From: Elusimicrobiota bacterium
GTDB taxonomy: Bacteria > Elusimicrobiota > Elusimicrobia > F11
Length of the DNA stretch: 64,000 nt
Assembly (NCBI GenBank): GCA_046153645.1
Contig: JBJXGI010000042.1
Location: 116,947-180,946 of the forward strand
Direction of reading: 5' to 3'
The notes below the pieces were generated by a model. It ran no database searches. It worked only from the letters and a program-made list of their open reading frames with translations, and was not told the origin of the DNA. The position numbers and the translations under genes are program-made. Positions 23,476 through 32,748 of the stretch are shown here, piece by piece; positions within the stretch are counted from its first letter, which is position 1; each line of letters begins with the position of its first letter.

Positions 23476-25748
23476 AAGATTTAAGTGCCTTTCTCATTAC
23501 AACCGGTCGTACCTTAGCACAGATGGCACTCTACGCTCCTGATCATCCGGCTGTCAAAAACATGGTTGATGAATCCCATCAGGCGCTAACAAAGATTTTG
23601 ACACAAGAATCTGAGTTGATCCTTTCTTCGATTGAAGGAAAAATTCTTGTTAATGGTCAACCCGCAGAAGAAGTTCCAGAAGCAGCACTCCGGCCTTTTT
23701 TGGTTATTATTAATACCTATGGTTTACATAGCATGGGTTTTCTAAAAGGCATTACTCGTGATGAAATGGTGGCTTTTTTTCGCCTTTCTTCAAATCAAGA
23801 ACTAAAAAAAGGGGCGATTGACTTATCAGGATATCTTGAGACCAACAGCATAAAATCCATTCAGCTTAACCAAGCTCGTTACGCCAAAATTAAAGAAGGG
23901 GAACAAGTTGGTCATAATAATTCTCTTTCTTCTCCCTCAATTTCCGATCAAAAAGTAACTGTTGAACAATTTGAACATTTACCTTTAAATGATGTGATTT
24001 CAAAACTCATTCAACAAGCGATTCCCGATCCTGCTATTCAGGCGCTTCTTATTGCTAAAGTTCTCGATTTAGTTAAAAAAGAAATTGATAGCGCTATTGA
24101 AAAAGTTGTCAAAGAATTTAACAAAGAAAAACTACGAATTACCAACGAGAGAGAAAGAACAGAAGGTGTTTTAACCAACATGGCCGATGGTGTGGTGGTT
24201 GTTGACGAAGCGGGTCGCGTTCTTATGATGAATCCGGTCGCTGAACAAATTTATGGCGTTAAGTTGGGTGATAGTCTTGGTAAGCCGCTGTGGGAAGGGG
24301 TCCGGGGCGAACAAATGGTGGCCTTGGCCAAAGATTTAACTCTTCCCACTGAACAACCCATAACCAAAGAAGTAAGCATCCTTGGTGATGAAGATGTCAA
24401 AAAAACATTAAGAGCCAGTCAGGCCACCGTGCAAGATGTCAATGGTCGTGTGGTCGGTATGGTTTCTGTGGTATCAGATGTCACAAAACAAAAAGAACTT
24501 AATCGTCTTCAAACGGAATTTATGGCCAATGTCACTCATGATTTACGTTCCCCTATTCATGCTATTAAACTTTCCGTGGCTGCTATTTTAGAAGGAGCCG
24601 CTGGGCCCACAACACCTGAGGCCAATAAAATGTTAACGGTGGCCAACAAAAATATAGAACGGCTTTCTCGCCTTATTAATGACCTTCTTGATTTTTCAAA
24701 AATTGAATCTGGCCGCATGGAGATTAATCAACAAGAGGTAGAAATTGAACCGCTTTTACAAGAAGCAGCCAGTAGCATGGAATCTTGGTCCAAAAGCCGT
24801 GGAGTATTTATTTCAGTTGAGAAATCAGGAACCGCGCTTCCTACTTTTTCTGATAGTGATCGAATTCTGCAAGTTGTGAATAATCTTATCTCAAATGCCA
24901 TTAAATTTACTCCCGCTGGAGGAAACATTAAATTAAGAGCTATAAACACCCAGGAAAATGGAAAGAATTTTGTTATGGTTCAGGTAGAAGATTCTGGAAA
25001 AGGAATTTCAGAAGAAGATCAAAAAAGAATTTTTGAACGTTTTGTTCAATTAAAACAAAATGAAAAACACGATATTAGAGGAACGGGGTTGGGTTTAAGT
25101 ATTTGTCGAGCTTATATTGATTTGCACGGAGGAAAATTGTCCGTTCAGAGTCCCGTTCCAGGTGGGTCTTGTGGAACCGTTTTTTCTTTTACGCTTCCAG
25201 CTATGGAAAGAAGCGCTTCTGTTCAATCTCCACTGCCACCTTTTTTTGAGCCTTATCAACAAAAATCAAACAAAAAAGGATTTTGGAAGAATTTTTTTAG
25301 ATTGGGTATTTGGCTTTTTATTGGTTTTATGTTTTCTTCTCAAGTGTGGGCACGCCCTTATTCAGGCTGGGTACGACGTGTATTATCGCCCAATCTCATT
25401 CAACTTCGAGATGGAACCACGGTTCGATATCTTGGTATTCAAACACCTGAACAAAATAGTCCTCTCTATGCGGAAGCTGTAGCAGCCAATCGATCTTGGA
25501 TTGAAAACAAAGAAATACAAATTCGCTATGGTTCACAAGAACGCGATACCACCGGTGCTTGGTTGGGATATGTTTTTGTGGAAGGAATCTTGGTTAATGA
25601 GGAATTGGTTAAAAGTGGAATGGCCACTGTTTCTCGATTACCAAATGAAAAAGGATATTTACCTCAATTGTTATCAGCAGAACGATACGCTCGGCGTAAG
25701 AAAAAAGGTTTTTGGAGTGACGCTGCCATTCCCGCACTCAATCCATGA
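23472..25748 (+). CDS. PAS histidine kinase with C-terminal TM/signal segment and degenerate thermonuclease (SNase) domain
   Basis: N-terminal LYxxxHP domain; PAS (MADGVVVVD..NPVAE); H-box THDLRSP; NLISNAIKFT; DSGKG; GTGLGL. From ~aa 611: a hydrophobic segment, then an SNase-like fold (VRYLGIQTPE, LGYVFV, LVNEELVKSGMA, ARRKKKGFW). Confidence 0.85.
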   Translation: MKDLSAFLITTGRTLAQMALYAPDHPAVKNMVDESHQALTKILTQESELILSSIEGKILVNGQPAEEVPEAALRPFLVIINTYGLHSMGFLKGITRDEMVAFFRLSSNQELKKGAIDLSGYLETNSIKSIQLNQARYAKIKEGEQVGHNNSLSSPSISDQKVTVEQFEHLPLNDVISKLIQQAIPDPAIQALLIAKVLDLVKKEIDSAIEKVVKEFNKEKLRITNERERTEGVLTNMADGVVVVDEAGRVLMMNPVAEQIYGVKLGDSLGKPLWEGVRGEQMVALAKDLTLPTEQPITKEVSILGDEDVKKTLRASQATVQDVNGRVVGMVSVVSDVTKQKELNRLQTEFMANVTHDLRSPIHAIKLSVAAILEGAAGPTTPEANKMLTVANKNIERLSRLINDLLDFSKIESGRMEINQQEVEIEPLLQEAASSMESWSKSRGVFISVEKSGTALPTFSDSDRILQVVNNLISNAIKFTPAGGNIKLRAINTQENGKNFVMVQVEDSGKGISEEDQKRIFERFVQLKQNEKHDIRGTGLGLSICRAYIDLHGGKLSVQSPVPGGSCGTVFSFTLPAMERSASVQSPLPPFFEPYQQKSNKKGFWKNFFRLGIWLFIGFMFSSQVWARPYSGWVRRVLSPNLIQLRDGTTVRYLGIQTPEQNSPLYAEAVAANRSWIENKEIQIRYGSQERDTTGAWLGYVFVEGILVNEELVKSGMATVSRLPNEKGYLPQLLSAERYARRKKKGFWSDAAIPALNP

Positions 25749-26626
25749 CAGTTCTTTCAGCAGACCAACCTGTTTGGTCTAAATCTCGTGTTTCCACGTT
25801 TAAAGAATGCCAGCGAAAGTTTCTCTTTTCTGGGCCAACCATCAACAGCTTTAAGATAAGTGAAGAAACAAAAACCGAAGTTCTTCGGCTCAAAAAAATA
25901 AAAAACCGTTTTCTTTGGACCGGTTCATTTATTCATGAGGCTATTGGTCATCTTCTCAAACAAGTTCGTCAGGGAGAGAAAGTTTTTGATATCGAGGAAA
26001 TCTTAAGTAAGTTCAAAATTTCCATGCGAGAACAATTTGTGAATTCAAAGTCACAGACGCTTTCCGCCAGTCGTCTTTTTGAACATGAATTTCAAATACA
26101 GATCGCTCAGGAAGAATGGAAAAGGCAGTGGGACAATGTAGAAAAAACAATTCGGTGGTTTTTTCAATCCAGTTGGTTTTTGAAACTTAAAGATTTAGGG
26201 CCTGAGAGTTGGAAGGTTATTGATGAGGTGGTCCGTTTTGAATTAAACGGAACACAGGCTTACGCCAAAATTGATTGTGCCGTTGAGGTGAAAGGAAATT
26301 TTTTCCTTATTGATTGGAAAACCAGCTCATCAATGGAGAGTTCCGCTTTAAAAGTTGCCGCACTTTATTCTTTTGAGCAATGGGGTGCCGATCCTTCCAA
26401 TGTGCAGGCTCACGCGGTTAATTTATTTACAGGCAAATCTGAACGGATTGATATTGATGAAGACGCACTTATGGAAACTCAAATGAAAATTGAAGAGGAA
26501 GCCGCTCAATTATTTGAAGCCCAAACTCAATTGGGCGATGATCCGTTAAAATTGCCTATGGCCTCTTCACAAGCTTGTTTACAATGTTCCTATCAAAAAA
26601 TATGTCATCCCAACGGAATTCTTTAG
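25745..26626 (+). CDS. PD-(D/E)XK nuclease (RecB/AddB-like, probable 4Fe-4S)
   Basis: WSKSR..F..C; GSFIHE; KID...IDWKT; C-terminal CLQCSYQKIC. Confidence 0.82.
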   Translation: MTVLSADQPVWSKSRVSTFKECQRKFLFSGPTINSFKISEETKTEVLRLKKIKNRFLWTGSFIHEAIGHLLKQVRQGEKVFDIEEILSKFKISMREQFVNSKSQTLSASRLFEHEFQIQIAQEEWKRQWDNVEKTIRWFFQSSWFLKLKDLGPESWKVIDEVVRFELNGTQAYAKIDCAVEVKGNFFLIDWKTSSSMESSALKVAALYSFEQWGADPSNVQAHAVNLFTGKSERIDIDEDALMETQMKIEEEAAQLFEAQTQLGDDPLKLPMASSQACLQCSYQKICHPNGIL

Positions 26627-26641
26627 AACTTTCACTCTCCC

Positions 26642-27226
26642 ATGGACGCTTATTTCCAATTCAAAAAAAATCTCATTGAATCCCATTGTTCTAAATGTAC
26701 TGATTTATGTTCTGGTCGAACGAACATCGTTGTTGATCGAGGCAATCCGGCTGCCAAAATAATGATTATTGGAGAGGCTCCTGGGGCCAATGAAGATTTA
26801 ACGGGACAGGCATTTGTGGGTCGCGGAGGAAAATTATTAGATGCTCTTCTCTCCTCAGTTGGAATTCAAACGAATACCGATACTATTATCGCCAACGTTG
26901 TTAAGTGTCGTCCTCCCAACAATCGGCCACCCACGCAAGCAGAAGCCGACCATTGTTTACCTTATTTGAAAGAACAAATTAATTTAGTTAAGCCGAAAGT
27001 AATTTTGCTTTTAGGCGCTACAGCCGCCAAACATTTAATCCCCGAACATAAAGATAAAAGTATGAAAGAACGAGTGGGAAAATTTTTTGATTTACCTGAA
27101 TACCCACAAATTAAATTTCAAATTTTATTTCATCCCGCCTATATATTGCGTGATCCTAGAAAAAAGAAAGACATGTTGGAGCATTTAGGGTTTCTAAAGG
27201 AAATGCTAGAAAAAAGTAACGGTTAA
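26642..27226 (+). CDS. udg: Uracil-DNA glycosylase, family 4
   Basis: CSKC..LC; IGEAPGANED; FVGRGG; NVVKCRPPNNR; FHPAY. Confidence 0.93.
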   Translation: MDAYFQFKKNLIESHCSKCTDLCSGRTNIVVDRGNPAAKIMIIGEAPGANEDLTGQAFVGRGGKLLDALLSSVGIQTNTDTIIANVVKCRPPNNRPPTQAEADHCLPYLKEQINLVKPKVILLLGATAAKHLIPEHKDKSMKERVGKFFDLPEYPQIKFQILFHPAYILRDPRKKKDMLEHLGFLKEMLEKSNG

Positions 27227-27360
27227 AATTGTTGATAATCAATCATTTAATCCCATTTCCCCGTTAATTTACAAAAATATTATTTAGATAAAAAAAATGG
27301 TGCTTTTTTAAAAAATCGGAGTAGAATAATCCACATGCCTCACTAAGGAGGACACCCCCC

Positions 27361-27879
27361 ATGATTATTTTGACTTTAGATTTTGATCCCATTATTCAGT
27401 CTATGAGAGATATTTCTCGTGAACGAAATGAATATTATCTCCATTTAAAATCCGGTCAAGTGATGGCGATATCACGCGAGCTCATGTGTTCATTAGGACG
27501 AAGTCGCGAAGATCAATTGGAAATTCTTCCAAGTTGGGATTCCGTTATGATCCCCATTGCCCGAGAAATTGTTATTAAAGGCTCCAATGATTATGTACGA
27601 ATTCCAGAAGCTTTTGGTCAGTGTGAACATCGTTGGATGACAGAATTTGCATTCAATACTTTTTTCCCCAAATTAAGAGAGAAATTAACCTTGGCGCTTC
27701 GGGGACGCGGATCTTGTTCTCGCTTTAGAGAACTCTTAAAACAAGATCGTCAGGAACTTCAGCGTTGGAATAAATTTTGTGAAAATAAGTGGGAAGAAAA
27801 AATAAAAATCTGGCTTGAAAGCCATGCCATTTTAGCGGTTCCAGCACCTGTTTCTAAATCAAAAACAAAAGCAGCTTAA
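27361..27879 (+). CDS. UPF0158-family protein
   Basis: YYLHLKSGQV; YVRIP; WMTEF; LALRGRGSCSRFRELL; WLES; strong TAAGGAGG RBS. Confidence 0.75.
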   Translation: MIILTLDFDPIIQSMRDISRERNEYYLHLKSGQVMAISRELMCSLGRSREDQLEILPSWDSVMIPIAREIVIKGSNDYVRIPEAFGQCEHRWMTEFAFNTFFPKLREKLTLALRGRGSCSRFRELLKQDRQELQRWNKFCENKWEEKIKIWLESHAILAVPAPVSKSKTKAA

Positions 27880-27918
27880 ATAAAATTTGTAAAAATCAGT
27901 TACCTATTATTTCTTTTC

Positions 27919-29043
27919 ATGAAGCTAAACCCACGTACTGTTCTGCTTTCTCCCACTGCTTTTAAAGGAACCTTGTCGCCTTTAGAAGTCACTTCTCTTA
28001 TGAAGGTGGCCATTAAGAAAAAATGGCGTGAGGCAAAAATAATTGAGGCGCCTTTAGCCGATGGGGGCGATGGGACATTGGAGGTTCTCCAAGATTTTTT
28101 TAAAGGAAAAATTTGTAAGAAAAAAGTTCATGGGCCGCTTGGAAAACCTGTTTTGGCACCATGGATTTTTATTAAAACCAATCCACATGTAAAGGTTAAA
28201 ACTGCGCTCATAGAAATGGCCAAAGCATCGGGGCTCGCATTGGTTAAAGGGCAAAATAAAATTTTAGAAGCCACCACTTTTGGAACAGGCGAACTTATTT
28301 TAGAGGCGATCAAAAAAGGATGTAAACACATTATTATAGGTGTGGGGGGAACAGCAACTGCCGATGGTGGGGCGGGTGCGCTTCAGGCGCTTGGTTATCA
28401 ATATTTTAATTCAAAAAAAAAAGAATTAGAGGCTTCACCAGAAGAAATGATTCACTTTTCTTATTATGATCAAAAGCATGTTTATCCGCAGCTTAAAAAT
28501 GTTCAATTCACTATTATTAGTGATGTCACCAACCCCTTATTGGGTCCTCAGGGATCTGCCAAAACATTTGGACCTCAAAAAGGAGCCACTCCTTCTCAAG
28601 TGAAGTTTTTGGAACGAGTTATGCAAGTCTGGGCCAAACAAGCTCCCAGAAATGTGGCTCGTTATCCGGGTGTTGGAGCGGCGGGAGGTCTTTCTTTTGG
28701 ACTTAAATCTTTTCTCAACGCCAAAATTGTTCAGGGAACTCCCTATGTGATGGAACTGTTCCAATGGAAAGAAAAAGCCAAAAATGCCGATATTATTCTA
28801 ACGGGCGAAGGTCAGTTGGATAAAACCAGTTTTTCAGGAAAAGTGATTGGAGCCATTTGTGAGAATACGCCTAAGAAAATTTTAGTCGTCTGTGGAAAAA
28901 ATAGGTTATCCAAGGCAGAATATAGAAATAAAGGAATTTTTCATGTCATCGAAATGGGGCCGCAAGGGCTAAAAAATCCAAAAGAAAGTTTAATAAAAGA
29001 AATGAAAAGATATTTTAGTAATGACGTGAGGGAATTTTTTTAA
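27919..29043 (+). CDS. glxK: Glycerate kinase (GlxK/GarK family)
   Basis: FKGTL; PLADGGDGT; EMAKASGL; GVGGTATADGG; DVTNPLLG; GAAGG; TGEG. Confidence 0.92.
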   Translation: MKLNPRTVLLSPTAFKGTLSPLEVTSLMKVAIKKKWREAKIIEAPLADGGDGTLEVLQDFFKGKICKKKVHGPLGKPVLAPWIFIKTNPHVKVKTALIEMAKASGLALVKGQNKILEATTFGTGELILEAIKKGCKHIIIGVGGTATADGGAGALQALGYQYFNSKKKELEASPEEMIHFSYYDQKHVYPQLKNVQFTIISDVTNPLLGPQGSAKTFGPQKGATPSQVKFLERVMQVWAKQAPRNVARYPGVGAAGGLSFGLKSFLNAKIVQGTPYVMELFQWKEKAKNADIILTGEGQLDKTSFSGKVIGAICENTPKKILVVCGKNRLSKAEYRNKGIFHVIEMGPQGLKNPKESLIKEMKRYFSNDVREFF

Positions 29044-29064
29044 CAAAGGACGTTTATCATTTAT

Positions 29065-31236
29065 ATGGAAATAAAAACCAAAACAAAAATTTCAGCAACT
29101 CAAGATTTATCGCGCGTTTTATCTCCGAAGTCTGTGGCCATTATTGGCGCTTCTCGCAAAGAGGGATCGGTTGGTGAAGCGATTTTTAAAAATTTGCTCC
29201 GAGCTGATTTTAAAGGGAGTTTATATCCCGTTAACCCCAAAGCCGATTCCATCGGAGGAGTTAAATGTTACGCAAGTATTTCAAAAATTCCTGATCCGAT
29301 TGATTTGGCCATTTTGATTGTTCCCAATGTTGTTGTTCCTAATGTACTCAGAGAATGTGCGGCAGCTCATATTCCAGGAGCCATTGTTGTGAGCGCAGGT
29401 TTTAAAGAAATTGGTGGTGAAGGAATTAAATTAGAAGAAGAGGTAAAACATTTAGCCGAAGAATATGGAATCGCACTTATTGGCCCAAACTGTCTCGGTT
29501 TTATTAACACTGATTCCCGCGTTCAACTGAACGCTTCTTTCGCTCAAACTATGCCGAAAGCAGGCAACATTGCTTTTATCTCTCAAAGTGGGGCGCTTTG
29601 TACCGCTGTTTTAGATTACGCCAAAGGAAAAGGTATTGGTTTTTCTAAATTTATCAGCATGGGAAATAAAGCAGTGACCAACGAAACAGATTTTTTACGC
29701 ACTCTTCGTGATGATCCTTTGACGGATGTCATTTTGATGTATGTTGAAGATATTGCCAACGGAACAGAATTTATTCAAACAGCTCGACACATTACCGGCG
29801 AGATTGCTAAGCCAAAACCCATTATTGCCATTAAATCCGGACGCACAACAGAAGGAGCGAAAGCCGCTTCGTCTCATACAGGTTCATTAGCTGGGTCAGA
29901 TGATGTTTATGACGCCGTTTTTTTACAATCTGGAATTTTACGAGTTGAAACCGTTGAAGAACTATTTGATTACGCGGTGGCCTTTTCACAACAACCTTTA
30001 CCAAAAGGAGACCGTGTGGCTATTGTAACCAATGCCGGTGGTCCTGGCATTATGGCCACCGATGCCGCCGTACGACACGGTTTAACATTGGCTCCATTAA
30101 CAGATGAAACGAAAAAAATTCTTCGTGATGAACTTCCTGAAACAGCCAATATTAATAATCCCGTTGATGTCATTGGAGATGCCCGCCACGATAGATACGA
30201 ATCTGCTCTTAAGGCCGTTGTTAAAGACCCAAATGTAGATGGTGTCATTGTGATTCTCACCCCGCAAGCGATGACCAACAGTCGAGAAATTGGCGAAGTT
30301 GTTGTTAATGTAGCAGAAACGCTGAAAGCCTCTCCTTGGCATCAAAAACCAATATTGACCAGTTTCATGGGAATTGGTGACGTGTCAGAAGGCGTTAAAA
30401 AATTAGAAAAAGCCGGAATTCCTCATTACATTTTTCCGGAAGCAGCGGCACGCGCTTTGGCCCAAATGAACAAGTATCAAAAAGATTGGCTATCACGCCC
30501 TCGAACAGAAGTGAAAAGTTATCCCGTTCAACGCGAAGTCGTTGAGAAAATATTTAAAGCGGTTCGTGCCGATAACAGAACTTATTTACCGGAATATGAA
30601 ACATTACAAGTGCTGGCCGCTTATGGGCTGCCTGTGCTCAATACGCGACTTGCTCGTAGTGAAGAACAAGCCATTCAATTTTCTAAAGAGATTGGATTTC
30701 CTGTGGTTTTAAAAATTGCCTCTCCTGCCATTGTGCATAAATTGGATGCGGGAGGCGTTGTGATTAACTTAAATTCTGTTGAAGCAGTATCACAAGCTTA
30801 TCGAAAAATGATCGCCACAGCTGAAGCGTTGGTGGGTAAAGAAAAGATTTGGGGCGTTGAAATTCAACAAATGGCTGGTAAAGGTGTTGAAGTTTTTTTA
30901 GGTTCCAAACGAGATGCCAAATTTGGCCCCATTATTTTGTTCGGGCTGGGCGGAACATTTGTTGAAGTGTTTAAAGATATTTCGTTTAGAGTGGCACCGC
31001 TTCGTGAATGGTCCACCAGAGCCATCATTGAAAAAAGTCGCGCTTATAGGATTCTCAAAGGTTACCGTGGACAACCCACAGATATTGATAAAGTTGCCGA
31101 ATGTTTAGGGAGACTTTCTCAATTGGCAATTGATTTTCCTGAAATTGAAGAACTCGATATTAATCCGCTGGTGGTTTATCCGCTTGGAAATGGCGCGCGC
31201 GTGTTGGACGGGAGAATTGTGCTTAGCTCTTTATAA
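29065..31236 (+). CDS. Acetate--CoA ligase (ADP-forming), fused alpha/beta
   Basis: SVAIIGAS; GPNCLG; SQSGA; ASSHTGSLAG; NPVDV; C-terminal ATP-grasp (PVVLK, HKLDAGGV, ELDINP). Confidence 0.92.
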   Translation: MEIKTKTKISATQDLSRVLSPKSVAIIGASRKEGSVGEAIFKNLLRADFKGSLYPVNPKADSIGGVKCYASISKIPDPIDLAILIVPNVVVPNVLRECAAAHIPGAIVVSAGFKEIGGEGIKLEEEVKHLAEEYGIALIGPNCLGFINTDSRVQLNASFAQTMPKAGNIAFISQSGALCTAVLDYAKGKGIGFSKFISMGNKAVTNETDFLRTLRDDPLTDVILMYVEDIANGTEFIQTARHITGEIAKPKPIIAIKSGRTTEGAKAASSHTGSLAGSDDVYDAVFLQSGILRVETVEELFDYAVAFSQQPLPKGDRVAIVTNAGGPGIMATDAAVRHGLTLAPLTDETKKILRDELPETANINNPVDVIGDARHDRYESALKAVVKDPNVDGVIVILTPQAMTNSREIGEVVVNVAETLKASPWHQKPILTSFMGIGDVSEGVKKLEKAGIPHYIFPEAAARALAQMNKYQKDWLSRPRTEVKSYPVQREVVEKIFKAVRADNRTYLPEYETLQVLAAYGLPVLNTRLARSEEQAIQFSKEIGFPVVLKIASPAIVHKLDAGGVVINLNSVEAVSQAYRKMIATAEALVGKEKIWGVEIQQMAGKGVEVFLGSKRDAKFGPIILFGLGGTFVEVFKDISFRVAPLREWSTRAIIEKSRAYRILKGYRGQPTDIDKVAECLGRLSQLAIDFPEIEELDINPLVVYPLGNGARVLDGRIVLSSL

Positions 31237-31303
31237 TTCTTTATGTTGACATGCGGTCATTTTACGCGGTATTTTGACCGTGATCGTCACTGATTCCGTG
31301 GTG

Positions 31304-32662
31304 CTATCCTGACAACATTCCCCAAATTTGGAGTAGATCTGAATCTTTGGACCAGCGGTTTCCAATGTCTGTGCGGTAAAACATGTTGGGCAAAATGATA
31401 TTTTTAATTCTTCCGTACACTTCTTTTTGGGCATCCGCCATCGTTGGGCCTGAACCAGTTACAACCATGACATAACCACTCGATCCGGCAATTCGCCAGT
31501 CGCCATCCACCAATCGAACGTCGCAGTGATGAATGCCTTGAGTGTTCGGTTTTTTGAAAATAATAGTCGCATCTTCAGAAAATTTTTCAAATACATCGGG
31601 GTCGTCATATGGATACGGTGGGACCGCAATAACAACGCCTATTTGATAACCACGATTGGTTTTGAGATTAAATGGTTGTTTGCTGCCCAAAGCATAAAGC
31701 AAGTCGCCCCAGCGACTGGCAATGCCCTCAATTTGAATATTAATGGTCGGGTATCCAAAACGTGGTGTCATTTCTAAGGGATAAATTCCTCGAGAGTTAA
31801 CGATGCAATTAATATCGAAATATCCCACGTAGCCCAATTCGCTTAAGCGTTTTTCATATTTTTTTAGAGTTTCGTTATAGAGGTGATTGGGTCCTGCCCA
31901 GAACATGGAGGTTCCCATTTCACCCGTGGTGGGTCCAATTTCTTCATTAAACATGCGTTTATGCTCAAAGTTGATGCAGGCTGGCAACAGAAATTCATGC
32001 CCGTTGAAGAACGCGCCGATCGCAACCTCAACGCCTGCAACAAATTTTTGAATTTGAAAACTGCGTATTTTTGTGCCCCAACCGGTTCGATATCGTTCCA
32101 GCATGTTCACCACATCAAGGCCGTCTTCTTCTTGACCTACAAATGAAAGAACTTTTTCATCTTGAGCTTTTCCATTGGGTTTAACCACATAACGGCCCGG
32201 GTTGGCTTTAACAAATTTGATGGCTTCATCAAAGGAAGAGAAATCCCAACACGGAAGAGTGTTCACTCCCACATTCCGCAATTCTTCTTGCGCCCAGTCT
32301 CGATCGAGTTCGAGTTTGTCGCTTAAAGGGGTTCCTCCAACAACTTTTTTTCCTTCTTTTCTTAATTTTTCAGCTATCGCTCCAAAACCAATGTCATCAA
32401 AAACAATCACATCCGCCCAATCAACGGCTTTTTCCCACTCGTCGATTTTCTCAACAAAACCATCTGAAACATTTTTTTCTGTTTTGTCCGCGATGAAATA
32501 TTTAACGTGGTTTCCTTCGGTTTTTACTTGGGTTGCTAGATCACCAATACATCCGATATCGGAGATAAATAAAAATTTTCTCTGTGGAAATTCCGAAAGA
32601 TTACTCTTCGAATTACCGGTTGATTTTTCGCCATTCATGACTTCAGTTTGTTCAGAATTCAT
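31304..32662 (-). CDS. purD: Phosphoribosylamine--glycine ligase-like ATP-grasp protein (divergent PurD type)
   Basis: YVVKP; FEHKR; GPTTGEMG; LEMTPRFGYP; MFYRTDIG. The N-terminus lacks the classic GSGGREH motif. Confidence 0.7.
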   Translation of the reverse strand: MNSEQTEVMNGEKSTGNSKSNLSEFPQRKFLFISDIGCIGDLATQVKTEGNHVKYFIADKTEKNVSDGFVEKIDEWEKAVDWADVIVFDDIGFGAIAEKLRKEGKKVVGGTPLSDKLELDRDWAQEELRNVGVNTLPCWDFSSFDEAIKFVKANPGRYVVKPNGKAQDEKVLSFVGQEEDGLDVVNMLERYRTGWGTKIRSFQIQKFVAGVEVAIGAFFNGHEFLLPACINFEHKRMFNEEIGPTTGEMGTSMFWAGPNHLYNETLKKYEKRLSELGYVGYFDINCIVNSRGIYPLEMTPRFGYPTINIQIEGIASRWGDLLYALGSKQPFNLKTNRGYQIGVVIAVPPYPYDDPDVFEKFSEDATIIFKKPNTQGIHHCDVRLVDGDWRIAGSSGYVMVVTGSGPTMADAQKEVYGRIKNIILPNMFYRTDIGNRWSKDSDLLQIWGMLSG

Positions 32663-32748
32663 TGAAAAATCAACACAAAAATCTTTTTTGAAGAGGAAGT
32701 GCGCAGAAAGGCAAAGATTGCCCTAGAAAAAGTTTTATAATGACACCT

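Noticed and set aside
25745..26626. Cas4/CRISPR interpretation of the Fe-S nuclease
   Set aside because: No cas1/cas2 and no repeat-spacer array were seen anywhere in the window.
27233..27243. TTGATAATCAA palindrome as an FNR site
   Set aside because: The spacer is 1 nt rather than the 4 nt of TTGAT-N4-ATCAA; probably chance in AT-rich DNA.
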